DNA from: Paraphysomonas bandaiensis
Lineage: Eukaryota > Protista > Chrysophyceae
Direction of reading: 5' to 3'
NCBI GenBank assembly: GCA_965644295.1
Contig: CBFFRP010000217.1
Coordinates: 248,001-312,000, forward strand
Length of the DNA stretch: 64,000 nt
The notes below the pieces were generated by a model. The model made no database searches. It worked only from the letters and a program-made list of their open reading frames with translations, and was not told where the DNA came from. Below, one piece after another: positions 25,201 to 37,700 of the stretch (positions are counted from its first letter, which is position 1; each line of letters begins with the position of its first letter). Made by a program: the position numbers and the translations under genes.

Positions 25201-28200
25201 TAGTTCGGGGACCATCTGCCTCAGAGGCTTCGAAAGTAAAGTGGGCTGCAACACTTAAAGGTGTGAAATCTGCACATACCTATTTCCTCTCTCCATGATA
25301 CAAAATTCTGATTGTTCACATGAACCCTAGATTTAGAAACTGTGATGTTACCGAAGAGTCCAACTAAGCGTTTTGGGAGTCGGCCTTCGTCCACCAGGTC
25401 AAGAAGCAAGGCCAATTTTTCGGCTACTCCTACAAATCGAAGCACTCCGGCGACGGAAAAATATGACTCGAAACTGGTGGGTCGGCCTTTTAATCTCTGA
25501 GCTTATTCATTATGCTTATGCTAATTGACAGAGAGATGCTGTCGTGACAGTGTGCAAAAACTTTGACATGCATCCTGATGACGATACGTTGGATGCTCTC
25601 TGCGGTGAGTGGTACAGTTGTGTATACTGTTTCATTACGGTATATGTGTCCAGAACATATTAGCTCAATTCCAAACGACAACAAAAAAGAGTTATCTATA
25701 GTTCTTAAGGAGATATTCATAAAAGGTATTTATCAACAATATACGTCCATCTACTTTGATGTTACATTTTTTCAGTATTTCAGATGGTTTGGAAAAATTC
25801 GGAAGAGCACAAAACTAATATCGAAGCCGCTCAAAGAAGCAGTTCTTTGAAACGAATGCTGTCATTTACTGAGGACGACAAAGTGATGCATGTCGGCGAT
25901 GTAGCAAAAGCCATAAAACTCCTGGGTAAGTGTTTTATGTGTGTCAACAATCGAGTCGATGTAACATATGTAACCAGGTTGGAATGGTGCAGAAGTGGAG
26001 TCAAGGCAATATGCTCTTGCATTCAGTCTTGTAAAATGCGCGGATGTATTCAATGAAATGACTATTACGCGGGTACGTTATCACGGCTCCCTCTTAGCTT
26101 ATATTTGATTGTATGGCTAATAGGCGGATTTTGTTCGCCATATGTTTTTGAACTTCACAATGTCTTACGCCAGCCCCCCGGGGCCGCTAATTGATGACAA
26201 AACCGGATGTCCTTGGGAGGTATGATCATATTTCTCAGCATGGTATAGCAAGGTAACAAGAGATATTTTTCTAGGTACCCACCAGCGGGATACTTGCAGT
26301 GACATTTCATTGCACTGGAATGCCTCCCTCACAAGACGCCCTTGTATCTGAGGAGGCAATTGAAACTATGACCAATTCATGTGCTGGTAACCTTAGCCCC
26401 CCTTCCACTAACACGCCGACCAGAACACCGAAAGGAAAGGTTATGGACAGTAAAGTTGACACTTTAGGCGTGAATTTTTTACGGCATCGGCGTAGTTTGA
26501 AGTGAGTTTGTGCCTGCATATATTGCTTAAAATTCTCCCGCATGTATATATCACCTTATATTTTCTTTTACATTTTGTTTCAGACAAACATCTGATGCAC
26601 AGGCCCAAATCGATCGTGCTATTCTCAAGGAGTCTGTTAGTGATGAGGATTTTGTTGTCACATGCGATCAAGCTGAGGTAAATCCTGCAATGTGAACTGC
26701 TGTGCACTTAATTTCTCATGTGTTGCTATACACAGTCACTTTTGGTACAGTTTTTGAAGGATAATGAAACTCCAATAACACATGTGAGGTTTTATTTGTT
26801 ATGTGCATATTTCGTCGTGAAGTACCATGCTTACAGATCATGGAGACCATTTTACCACAGATTGCAACTTGTAAAGATGCATGCAGGTCCGAAGGAGGTC
26901 GTATTCTTGTGTTTTCGTGCTTACATTTTCTGCTACAGATTCCTGGCAAAGAATCTGACGTTTGAGCAGGTACTGCTTTTACTTATAGTTCACCTTCAGA
27001 GACGATTACTGACTTAATTTCAATAACTGTAGATATTGAATACACGTGACAGAATGCAGAATTTTTTCCGGGCGATTACTGGTGTCAGCACTGGGCACTA
27101 CTCACTTGATCTGAGCAAAAAAATGGACAGACTTGCGGGTAGATAATTAAATTGGTTTGAAGTTAGGGTTTTGATGTTGGCTTTTTCGCACAGCGAAGCG
27201 GTTAAGCGAGCAATGTAATTTGGAGAGATCGAAGCGGGCTTCGTGGACTGTAGCATACCTGAATACGTCTCAAAGCGGCCATAATGATGCTTTCAGGTGT
27301 GTGAAGACCTTTATGTAGTTCAAGAACTTTCGAGTTATGTGAATTACAGAAATGCTTCGTACAATTCTAAACCCTTTGTGCTGACGAGTTCATGGTTTGA
27401 GAGCTTACCAGAGGTACGATTCTGCTAGTAATTTGTTAATTTCTAAAATATGATCAGAATGGGAAGCTCAGATTTGATTTTGTTAACATGGAGAGGTAGA
27501 TAGCTGACAGATTTTGTGAACATCGATCGTGTAATGGTACAATATGTTCAGACCTGTACCTGGGCTAGAATGTGTATCTGATCACACTTTCAACCGGCTG
27601 ATGCGCATGTTCTTGTTCACGGACGAGGTGACGGGGGAAGTTGGAAGGGATATAAATCAAGCGGAGAATGAATGTACTGACAATGCCGCCGTTAGGTACG
27701 GCCAGTCACCTACATCCGTACCTATGCTTATTATTGGAATTTTATAGTGGCGAGCATTCTCGAAAAAATACACGGGTTGTAAAGCGCGACGAGCTCAGCC
27801 AGTTTTTACAAGCCCTTAAAGGTATTTTACTGTTATGTAACACTCACAGAATATGAATATACCTCAACAGATTCGAATTCGAATTCAATTAAAAGAAAAT
27901 CACAGCGTGAGGCGTCCAAAGTGTACTGGCAGTCCATTTTACAATCCACTGAAACGAAGTTCTATGAAAGGTAAGGCTTTCGTTGTATGTGTTTCTGCCA
28001 ATTAGTTTGCAAACAGCCATACACAGTTCTTGCTGGATAAGATCAAAGAGGCTAAACAAGCGATCATTGTTAGAAAGGGGTTGAAGCAGTCGACAAAAAC
28101 TACTGGTGGACCTGTGAAAAGTATCGATGACTACATAGTGGACCCTGAGAAGGCAGGTGAAGGAGATAAGGGGAAAGGAATGTCATTGCAAGAGCAGAAC

Positions 28201-29697
28201 GAGACAAAGAATCTTCATCAGCTGTACGTTACTAACATTCTACACATTACTCTCTTATTGCTATAACTCCTATACAGAGCTCTGTATTCGTTAATATATC
28301 GCGAAGCGAGGGCCAGACCAGTATACCTTGCGGAGGTTTTTTTCAGGTGATTCACCAGTCCATGCCGCGCCTATATTGCTCTTGTCACAACTCGTTGCAC
28401 GTGTATAAATAGTGTGGTCCCAGCAAAGCAAGCGAAGCCTGGCCTCCGTAGGTCCAGTAACCTCATAGCGGATAGTAAGACTCAGAATATCATCGATCAG
28501 GTACATGATAATTCATAATATTATGGTAGTGTTATCACTTATTTTATGTAGTGTTTACTCTTTTACGAAAACTTACGGGCTCTTGAAGTCTTACTTGTCT
28601 ACCAAGTCTATTTTTCAGTAGCACAGGTAGAGAAAATTCTCGATAGATTTCGTAGCCGGGGAGCTCCAAATAGCGTTCTTGTGGCATGTCTGCAAATGGT
28701 TTTCTCCCGCATTGTTGACCTGGACTGCCTACCTCAGTTAGTGAACTCTTTCCCCTCATCCCTAAAACAGGAAGTCATGCACAGGCTGGGTGTGTTAAAT
28801 GTATGGTGCCCAATGCATCCTGGTGGGTACCATGTCAGTGACTTGTATAACTGTGTTATGTATTATACGCTTTGCACTGGTATGACTAATAGTGCAGATG
28901 GTGTGTACAAATTCGATTTGGCATCTTGGGATCAACGCGAGGCTGCAAAGATTCTCTTTCGTTTAGCAGTGTTGGAACCCGGGGACAATCTTCTGTCTGA
29001 GATATATTATCCGTCATCAGCAGAAGAGGAGATCCCAGGATGGGTTCTTCCGCTGAACTGGACCACGGAGGTAAGCGGATATCCAATGTGGTGTCTAATT
29101 GGAAGCACGTAGCTAAATCTTGACCGAATGTCTAAATATGCAAAAGTAGAAGCAATATAGCAGCATGTCATTGATGCATGTGCAGGGGTGTGCTGCAGAA
29201 GCGATTGCGACACAGGGTATAGAGCAGTACCTGCGACTTGCGGAGGAAGAGGAGAGTAAACTCCCTCGGCATGGTATAGTGATGATAGAATACACATCGG
29301 ACCCCGAAAAGGGATGCACCAAGAACGAAGTGGAGCGACTTGCTATGTCCACGACAAGGCATGGATTAGCTTATATTTTTGATGTCCTAATTACTAATTT
29401 TGCAGGACGCTGGCATATTACTACGGTCGATTTATAGAAAATGCGGGTACCAGCAAGAAGAATAAAGCCAAAGTTATTCCGCAGTCGGCTGTCAAATTTG
29501 TTGGACCCAAGCTCCGCAAAATGACAAAGCATCTTCAAACGAAGATGTCGTTTACACGAGAACTATCCCGACTTGTCTCCCACAAAGACATTACGGAAGA
29601 TGATAAGAATGAGAATGAAGAAAAATATAATGTTCCTATACTTGCACTTAGACCTAGAAACGCAAGAGTGGTGACACCGATTGCCCAGGATTTGTAG
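22270..29697 (+). CDS. Large multi-exon RNI-like leucine-rich-repeat protein
   Basis: Spliced LRRs (INIAGNRLTD, LDISDNKI, INLSENQIG, LDISWNSIR, LNLAYNNF, VDISYNNL); recurrent NPSGKYVLD / TGHYSLDLS / DGVYKFDLA motifs; dozens of ~50-nt introns; stop TAG 29695-29697. Individual exon boundaries not all resolved. Confidence 0.8.
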
Positions 29698-29919
29698 TAT
29701 ATATAGTGTAGTTGTATTACTCTTTTTACAAGGTTGTTTTTGTTAAATATATGCATTTCTGCTGTGATTGCGTGTAAATAATCATGGTCATATAGATTTG
29801 CTGTTTCTAATTCATGAAATAAATACAGTGCCTTACTTTCATATTGTTAGTCAGTGTCATACATCAACTGGAAACATAGATTGTATTTTTATAATGAGCT
29901 ACACCTAGCCTGTAGCTAT

Positions 29920-30019
29920 CAGGGCTGCGTATCAATTAATTGTCTATTATAACTGCAATTATTACTTGCTGTCTGAATTTCAGTTATTGCAATTAACTGC
30001 ATTAATTAACGCAGCCCTA
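29920..30019. mobile_element. 100-bp hAT-type MITE
   Basis: TIRs CAGGGCTGCGT / ACGCAGCCCTA; 8-bp TSD GTAGCTAT (29912-29919, 30020-30027). Confidence 0.93.
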
Positions 30020-30589
30020 GTAGCTATATGTCTCACAGTTTTATGTACGTCAAGAAGGAACGTAAATAGTGTTGGAAGATGGTGCTCTCAAGTTGTGGAA
30101 GTAAATTAATGGATAAATGGTACAGGCATTTAGGTATTGATGTATATATGTATATGCAAAAATGGATTGTGTATAATATGGTGTGGGTGGCACTTGCATG
30201 GTGGTAATTCGACGTGATACCATAGTAAGCATGTTATACACAATACAAGCATGATATCTAAGTATTAACGCCAAGGGTCTACAATTCATACACCAACTGA
30301 TATGTGATTGTCATCACCGCCTTTACAACACCTCATTAGAAGAAGGCACACTACTCTACTATAGTGTTAAATTAATGTACCGGTATGAGTATTTAAATTT
30401 ACTTCACAGTAAACATCTCATAATGCTCCACAGAAACACAATTCCGAAGCACTCTTAAATTAGAAAGAGAGAGTCAAGATTCGAATATTGAAAGCTCAGG
30501 ATTCGGAAGTCGAACGGTATTGTTGGAAGCCTATTGACTTCTACAAGGAATCGTTTTCCGTCCCAGCTGAGGATGTCCTATGAGCCATC

Positions 30590-31279
30590 GCCCAACCTTT
30601 ACCTTGTGGAGTCGTCTCAGTAAGCGTCTTAACTTCTTAGAGAGCACGCCAAAAGTCTATAGTAGATTCCATTTCTAGTATTAAGACCACATGACAACCA
30701 AACCCACTACTGCTTATAGCCCTCAACAAAGTCGGACTCGCACCTTTTCGTGGTGTTGTTTTGGGGGATAAGTACAGGAGTTCTCTCTCTGGGAAACTAA
30801 CGTGAGCCACAAACATAGTCAGCAGATATTCTTCTGCTCACTCATAGCCGAATGCTTGTGTGGTACAAGGGACACCAACAATAAGTGTCACTTGTCTATA
30901 TAGACGTCATTGGGCCCTGACGAATAAACAGGCATCCGGGAATGGGCCCGTCTGAAGGGCATCCGGGACAGGGCCCACCTGAAGGCAGGGTAACCAGGGT
31001 ATTGGGCTGCCTGCTGCTGAAGTCGAACATCCGGGATGTTTACCTTAAGAACTCAGAGCGGAAGTGGTTGCACCTTGATGCTTGCGGCGACGCACAAGCA
31101 GCTTCCGTAGCGTTAAATAGTAGGATAAAAAACGTGTGTACTAATTAGTTACAGGTAGAGGTCTAACCAGTTTAGCATTCATCTAGCTACTAGGTTGATG
31201 CAGGTTTTTAACTCCTATTGCTAATAACAAGACTTTCAATATATACTGCTTATAGCTAATAAAAATTCACCTCGCCTCA
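30590..31279 (+). mobile_element. 5'-truncated, decayed non-LTR retroposon (REL-endonuclease/CRE-like), copy 1
   Basis: 14-bp flanking direct repeat TCCTATGAGCCATC (30576-30589, 31280-31293); colinear with 62248-62663; decayed KVGLAPFR...SADILL...YIDV motifs; internal 27-bp tandem duplication 30931-30984. Confidence 0.65.
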
Positions 31280-31684
31280 TCCTATGAGCCATCATCGGTG
31301 GCGTCAGCATCACCATATTCATCCAGAATTAATCGTTCACACTATGTTTTAATTTAATCGAAACCCATTACGAACTGCTTAAATAAGTAGATTTAAAATT
31401 ATATGCTTATTTAACATTTAACCGTGATATTCATTGATACATACGTAGAATGAAAAATCATAATTCGCAATCTAGCTAATATAGCTAGAATTACATCAAG
31501 TATCGCAGTGTGCTAAACTATACCAAAAAATAAATACAATTTAATAATAATCGAAGTAGTAGTCTGCACGATGCATGCATGCAAATGATGTTACATAATA
31601 CAATCAACAGCCATAATATTCTTGTAACTACCACAGAGAATACATGGACTTTTCACCGCATAGACGGGTATGTGTATAACCGGT

Positions 31685-34084
31685 TTACCGCTGATCAAAG
31701 CAGCTAGGCGGCACGTGGTTAGCTACAAACTGCAAAAATTCCTGAGTGGTAAACGGCTTTGGCAAGAAAAAATTCATTCCTGATGAAATCGCTTTTTGTC
31801 GAGTTTCACTATCAGTATTGCTGGATGTGCCAATGACAACCTGTTGAGGAAGAGGAACTCCTTTATCCAAAGCTTCTTGCGCCTCCATTTGACGTAGGAG
31901 ACGTACAGCCTCTTTACCATTCATTACTGGCATTTGAATGTCTGTGAGTACCACGTCATAACGGTTATGTGCACCACGCTGTGTAATCTTTGCGAGCGCC
32001 TCCTTACCATCCCGAGCGGTGTCCACTACGCAGCCGAAGGAGCGAAGAGCTTTCGCTGTTATCTTTAGAGTCACTGCGGAGTCATCTACGAATAATATCT
32101 CCAGTGGACGATGAGGAGGAATGGAATGAGTGACGTCATGCATGTCGTTCTCTTCCGGGTTCGGAGGGGTACCACACGTCGGGAAATCAGGAGTATCAGC
32201 TAGATGTACGGGTGGTGCCCACAAATCTGCATCCTTGATTTTCCCATCAGGGGATGCAACAGGAACGGGCATGGGACTTGAGGCATCATATCTGCTGCCA
32301 GAACAGACAGCAGGAGGGGAGGGAATTGGCTCCGCAAGACGCTGTTCTTTTTGTACCCGAGAATCTTCTTCCCAGCTCTCCAGGGTCTTGTACTCGTCAA
32401 GACCAGGAATTCGACCGTAATAGCAAGTTTCATCTTCGCTAGTAGGAAATTCATTAGAAGTTGAGGAGTCGCTCATCACATCTGGAGATTTGTTAGCTTC
32501 CACTTTGTGTGGAATATAAGGGACAGCAAAGTAGACACACGCTCCGGGTTGACCCATGCCTTTGGATCTGACACCACATATTCCTCCAAGTTCTCTAACC
32601 CTCAACTGTAGACTCATGAGACCCATTCCGGTCCCTCCAGTAGTACATTCCGACTGATCTACAGGGAAGAACATCTTGTGGGACTTGTTGCTATCTAGGA
32701 CAGTCTCACCATTGTCCTCTACCTCGAACAGCACGTAGCACCTCTCCGAACTGCCATCTTTGAAGCAATCGCTATGACTAGGTATCTCCACAGTATATGC
32801 CCCTTTCTCAGAGGAGTAATACATGTCATGTTCAACTGCTGTACCAGGCCTTGATTGTAGTCCATCAACTACCTCACACAGCTTGACACGCACTGCTACT
32901 TCAGGGTTGGTTGATGATGCAAATTTCATAGCATTTGAAACCACACAAAGCAAGTTTTCGTTTAACCACAGTCTGTCAGTGTCCAATACTGGAAAACGTC
33001 GTAAGACTTCTGGCAGCTCTTCAAGCACAAGTGACACTTTGCTCCCATACAAGACATTAGCACAGTGGATAACCTTATCCAGTGTGTGTATAATATTTAT
33101 TCCTTCTAGATGAGGGGACAGGTCGATGCTGTTTTCGTACTTGGCTACATCCACTGCTCGGTTAATTTGCATAGACATGAAATTAAAGGATACATCGAGG
33201 TCATCAATCGAATCAAAGCACTCCTGTAGTATGGAATTAACAACATTAAGCGCATCATGATCGAACGACTTCGCGGGTGTGTTACTATCTGTGCCAACAA
33301 GGGTCTGAATGAAGTGGAACATCTTTGTCATACAAGATCGCTGGGTAATAAGTCCTGCACACATTGATTGAAGTGGTGTCCGGATATCATGAGCCATGTT
33401 GGCAATAATCTGAGATCGCTTCTTCTGTGCCTGCATGATTTCTCTATCAAAATGTGATGGAGTGCGAACGAGAAGTCGAGAAGAGGCCGGCAGAAGATCA
33501 TCTGATATAGAGCCCGACCAGGAAATATAACCGAACCTAGTCAGCAGAACTCCAACTGCTGAGGATATTAGTACGAACACCACAGTATAAATGGATCGGT
33601 CCAAAATTAATTGAATGAATAGCATCACAAAAGAAATAATCCAGGAAGACTGAATAGCAAGAGACGGTCGGCTGGGCAATAACATCCCTGAAAGAGGAGC
33701 CATAACAGTGACCCACAACGGCATGACACACTGTTGGATAGTCGTCGCATGACACACAAACTCCGCACGATTCCAAGCTAACAATGGTTGCATTGAACCA
33801 ATTGTTAGCAGGCTCAGAGCTATGGCATGGACAGGTTTGAGGCAGTTGATGAATGGCATCAAGACCTTCTCGTCTGCTATCTGAAAGCAGTAACGTATAC
33901 TAAACTCCGTTGAAAACAACACTATAGAGATGAACATCCCACTCGCATGGAGTAAAACTATTGGATCGAATACATCGATACACTGTTGTCTCTCTGCTAT
34001 GGGCTCTTTGGCGTATAGATGCAGATAGGAGACGCCTGCAGACCAGAGAGCCAAATACCCCGCATTGATATATAAACTCTGCAT
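31685..34084 (-). CDS. Membrane-bound hybrid sensor histidine kinase (TM region, HisKA, HATPase_c, receiver), intronless
   Basis: About 6 hydrophobic segments; H-box NMAHDIRTPL; N-box SNAMKF; G1 EDNG; G2 GGTGMGL; receiver LFVDDS...LTDIQMPVMNG...LPKPF. Confidence 0.93.
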   Translation of the reverse strand: MQSLYINAGYLALWSAGVSYLHLYAKEPIAERQQCIDVFDPIVLLHASGMFISIVLFSTEFSIRYCFQIADEKVLMPFINCLKPVHAIALSLLTIGSMQPLLAWNRAEFVCHATTIQQCVMPLWVTVMAPLSGMLLPSRPSLAIQSSWIISFVMLFIQLILDRSIYTVVFVLISSAVGVLLTRFGYISWSGSISDDLLPASSRLLVRTPSHFDREIMQAQKKRSQIIANMAHDIRTPLQSMCAGLITQRSCMTKMFHFIQTLVGTDSNTPAKSFDHDALNVVNSILQECFDSIDDLDVSFNFMSMQINRAVDVAKYENSIDLSPHLEGINIIHTLDKVIHCANVLYGSKVSLVLEELPEVLRRFPVLDTDRLWLNENLLCVVSNAMKFASSTNPEVAVRVKLCEVVDGLQSRPGTAVEHDMYYSSEKGAYTVEIPSHSDCFKDGSSERCYVLFEVEDNGETVLDSNKSHKMFFPVDQSECTTGGTGMGLMSLQLRVRELGGICGVRSKGMGQPGACVYFAVPYIPHKVEANKSPDVMSDSSTSNEFPTSEDETCYYGRIPGLDEYKTLESWEEDSRVQKEQRLAEPIPSPPAVCSGSRYDASSPMPVPVASPDGKIKDADLWAPPVHLADTPDFPTCGTPPNPEENDMHDVTHSIPPHRPLEILFVDDSAVTLKITAKALRSFGCVVDTARDGKEALAKITQRGAHNRYDVVLTDIQMPVMNGKEAVRLLRQMEAQEALDKGVPLPQQVVIGTSSNTDSETRQKAISSGMNFFLPKPFTTQEFLQFVANHVPPSCFDQR

Positions 34085-34716
34085 GTTAATGATCGATAGG
34101 AAGGGACACCCATACGATAAACTACTCGATATGACTATGAATCACTGCGATGAGCTGAGCTGATAATGTGAGATCGAGTCGCTTCACTGTCTACCTAACA
34201 CTGAAAGTTATGAGCTGACGTGACATACATACATACGCAACTTGACTTTCTAAAGGAATTGAGGGAACATACGTAGATATACGAGGGAATATACAGTATA
34301 CCATTCCCATCGGTTCATGTGCTGTCCACTGCTGTTTATCATACAGAACAATTTTATCATATGAAAAAATACGTAAAGAGTAGAACGTCTAGTACATTCC
34401 ATCTTATGATCTGCTGATGATGATAATTGACGTGGCGGATGGAAATCCGGTTTGTGACGTACTGAATGCGTACAAGATAATTTTCTGATAAAATTCTGTA
34501 ATGAGGACATCACGAGCAGCAGATCTTAAGCTGATCCAGGAAATGTCCTGATGAATATCCATCTTCCTCTTCTGCCTGTGTGATTGAGGTGTTGATGTAT
34601 GTAGTATGTATGTATGTATGTATGTATGTGTGTGTGTGACTATCTCTGTATATACATAGCAGTCGAGTGCATATCTTTGAGTTATAAATACCTGGAAACA
34701 TAATCAGAATCTAGAG

Positions 34717-37700
34717 ATGATTGTGACTGTGTTTGAGACAGGGGAGAGAGTGTCTGTGGAGGTGGATGATGACAGCAAGAGGTTTCTCGTAGCAGTTCTC
34801 TGTTGTTGTTAGTAACTTTCTCACAGCGGATTACAACTGAGCGAAATAGTGTGTCATGTGCTAGGATTAACAAGGAGAAACCACGTGTTACTCATTGGGG
34901 AGCCTTTAACACAAGTTCAGAGCTGGGTGAGTGTTTAGCGGCTGTTAATCTGTTGGATGTCTGAGTGTATTGCAGATATCTTACAGTGCTTTGAACGAGC
35001 AAGAGATTATTGTGTTATCCGGTGAACACAGTAACATTGAAGGTATGACTGTCGTTGTTGAGATATATTTACTGATATTGAGCAGTGAATACGGAGAGAA
35101 ATCCTTCTATTCTACACCAAGTGTCTGTTTCCTCCTCTGACAAGTTGGAGGAAAGGTGCATCGTGTTATCGCTACATAGCTCTCTTCTTACTAATTTAAC
35201 TTCCAGCTACGATGCATATTACCACCACATGGAAAACTTATTCCACACTTTAAAGGTAAGGATTCATTCTGGCATATTGTTATTTCTTGTGTAATTGAGT
35301 TGGAATAGATGCAAAAAGAAGTATTTTTCAGAGTCGTACAATACCTGCGGACTGTATACAGGGATCATCATAGCCAGTTGCAGAGAGAACAGGTATAATG
35401 GTTTTTTGAAAAGGAAGTGTTTTTTGCTGAACTTAAGTATTACATTTAGGATCGTGTTTTCAAAGTCCAGAGTTCCCTTCGGCATTCCCTGGAACAGTTT
35501 CCCAAGAGTTTAATGGTGTTGAAAACTATTCCTTTAGACCCCGCATTGCACTGCAATAAGGAAGGTAAAACTCTCCTCGACTCTCTTCCGTCCAAGGAAT
35601 TTGATATCTGGATCCAACGTGCAAGAGAGAGCTATGACATGGTATGTGTGACAACTGCTAGGTCACTTGCACATTGCTGTTTTAGTTGCGTAATTTATTG
35701 TCGTGGAAGCGAAATATGTGTAGTAATACGAATAATTAATTGGAATGTAGGTAGACAAGCTTGCATATAATGTAGTCGACTCCTTTTGCGCGACGGATAG
35801 AATGGTCAGTGATATTGAGAGCCGGGCCATACATGTTGACGATAATATTCGTGGTCTACAAAACAACTTTATCCAGCGTATGAAGAGCGAGGTTGATTCA
35901 TTAATCAGAGTATGATCTTGCTGGTATGTATATGCTGCATATCTGTAATTGATTGTATAGGCGACTACTTCACAAGAAAATGGCGACAGGAAAGTAGAGG
36001 TGATTACTGTTCTGTGTCAGATCTTCGATATCGTGTTGTAGTGGGTGATGCTGTATTTGGAAATGAATTATATCCACTTGGTATGCAACGTAATTTTACT
36101 TTAGGATGAAGACCACGCAGCCATACTGGATGAAAGATGCAAGGTTATTGCGCATCTAGGTAGTACAATCTGGCAGCAAATCGATAGGATACGGCGGTGA
36201 GTTTCCTTTGTAGTGACAGATATGTGGCTTGTGACTGAATTCTACGTGTAGTAATTTGATGGATTTAATGAACTCCCTTTGGCTAATCAAGTCCACCATT
36301 GAACGTCGTGCTGAAGCAGGTAACTGGCAGATATGGTTACCGTTGCATTCATATTTCACTTTTTGTAGGGGCAAAGACTCTGTCGAGACTAGCAAATGGA
36401 AATAACAAGCACTTCCACTGCTTTGAGGTTGTAGAAAAGCTACCTGAGGTTTGAGTTGTATGTATGGAGTTTGTCATTATGATATGTCTGCACAGACGTA
36501 TGATAAATTTCTTGAGGAGATAGAAATCAGAGATGCTTACGAGAAAGTGCGGTACATGTCACTTAATACAATGTGTTCTCATATGATGGGCAGCAATTTG
36601 AAGAGGCTGTGATAGCCGCGCAGCAACATTTGTATAGTTTACGGAACAAAGAAATAAGGTATTGCCTTTTTATTTCAAATAAATCATATTTATTTCGCGT
36701 ATATCTGTGTGACAAAGGCGTCGTCAGAACTATATATCAACTTTTGGGGCTTTGCTGCCACCATTTTTCTTTCAGGCTGTGCCATCCCTGAGAAGCAAGC
36801 CTAAAATGGATAAGGTATATGCAGTGTATATTATACTACGTCACTACTCTCTAACATATATATTCTTGCTTAGAGAGAGACTTTCCCCCCAATAAGTCGA
36901 ATGGGAGTCTGGAAGGAGTCTAGAGAGTACGAGCAAGCACAGAGTGAAAGCATAAGTCACAGTCAATCTGAAAACGGAGTAATGTTTCCAGCTCTTACAG
37001 CTGGAAATGATGACCTATCAGATACAAAAGAATTAGAATATGGGGAATATTGCTCACGTATGGATTCAAGTATTTCTTCAAAGATAACATCAATGGGAAA
37101 GGCGAAGTTAATAGTTGAAGATATTATGAAGAAAGAAGGACTGAGCGCCCAGGATTTGTTAGGAGGACTCCTGCAATCTTGTCCATGTCTGCTTACAAGG
37201 TGCAAAGTATACCTGTCTCTGATCTTGTTCACACTATCACTGTAGTAAAATACGTAATGTAATGTAATGCGTTAAAGTATGATATATCTGTTTATCATGT
37301 TGCTAGTGAGGTGGACATATGTTTTATTAATATTTTTACGAGCGATGTTCATCTTAAGTGTATGCCATATAGGGATAATGCTCTCAGGGACTCTCTGCAA
37401 TCACATTCCAATATCGATTTCTCAGACGACTTTGGTCCGACTCAAACCAATTCACCCCCAGGTAGAACTATGACACCTCTTACTGATGGACATTCAGCTG
37501 AGACGAAGTCAAGCGATATATTGGAAGAAGCACAAGTTCTATGTGAGGAAGCTCAGATCGAGGATTTTTCTGGTGGGAGTGAAAGTACTGACGAAATTGT
37601 CGACGACTTTTCAATCGAGGGCGAATTGCAGCATACAGATGAATTTAGAGAGCCTAATATGGCTCTTGATGACAGCGATGAAAAAGGTCAATTCTACGTG

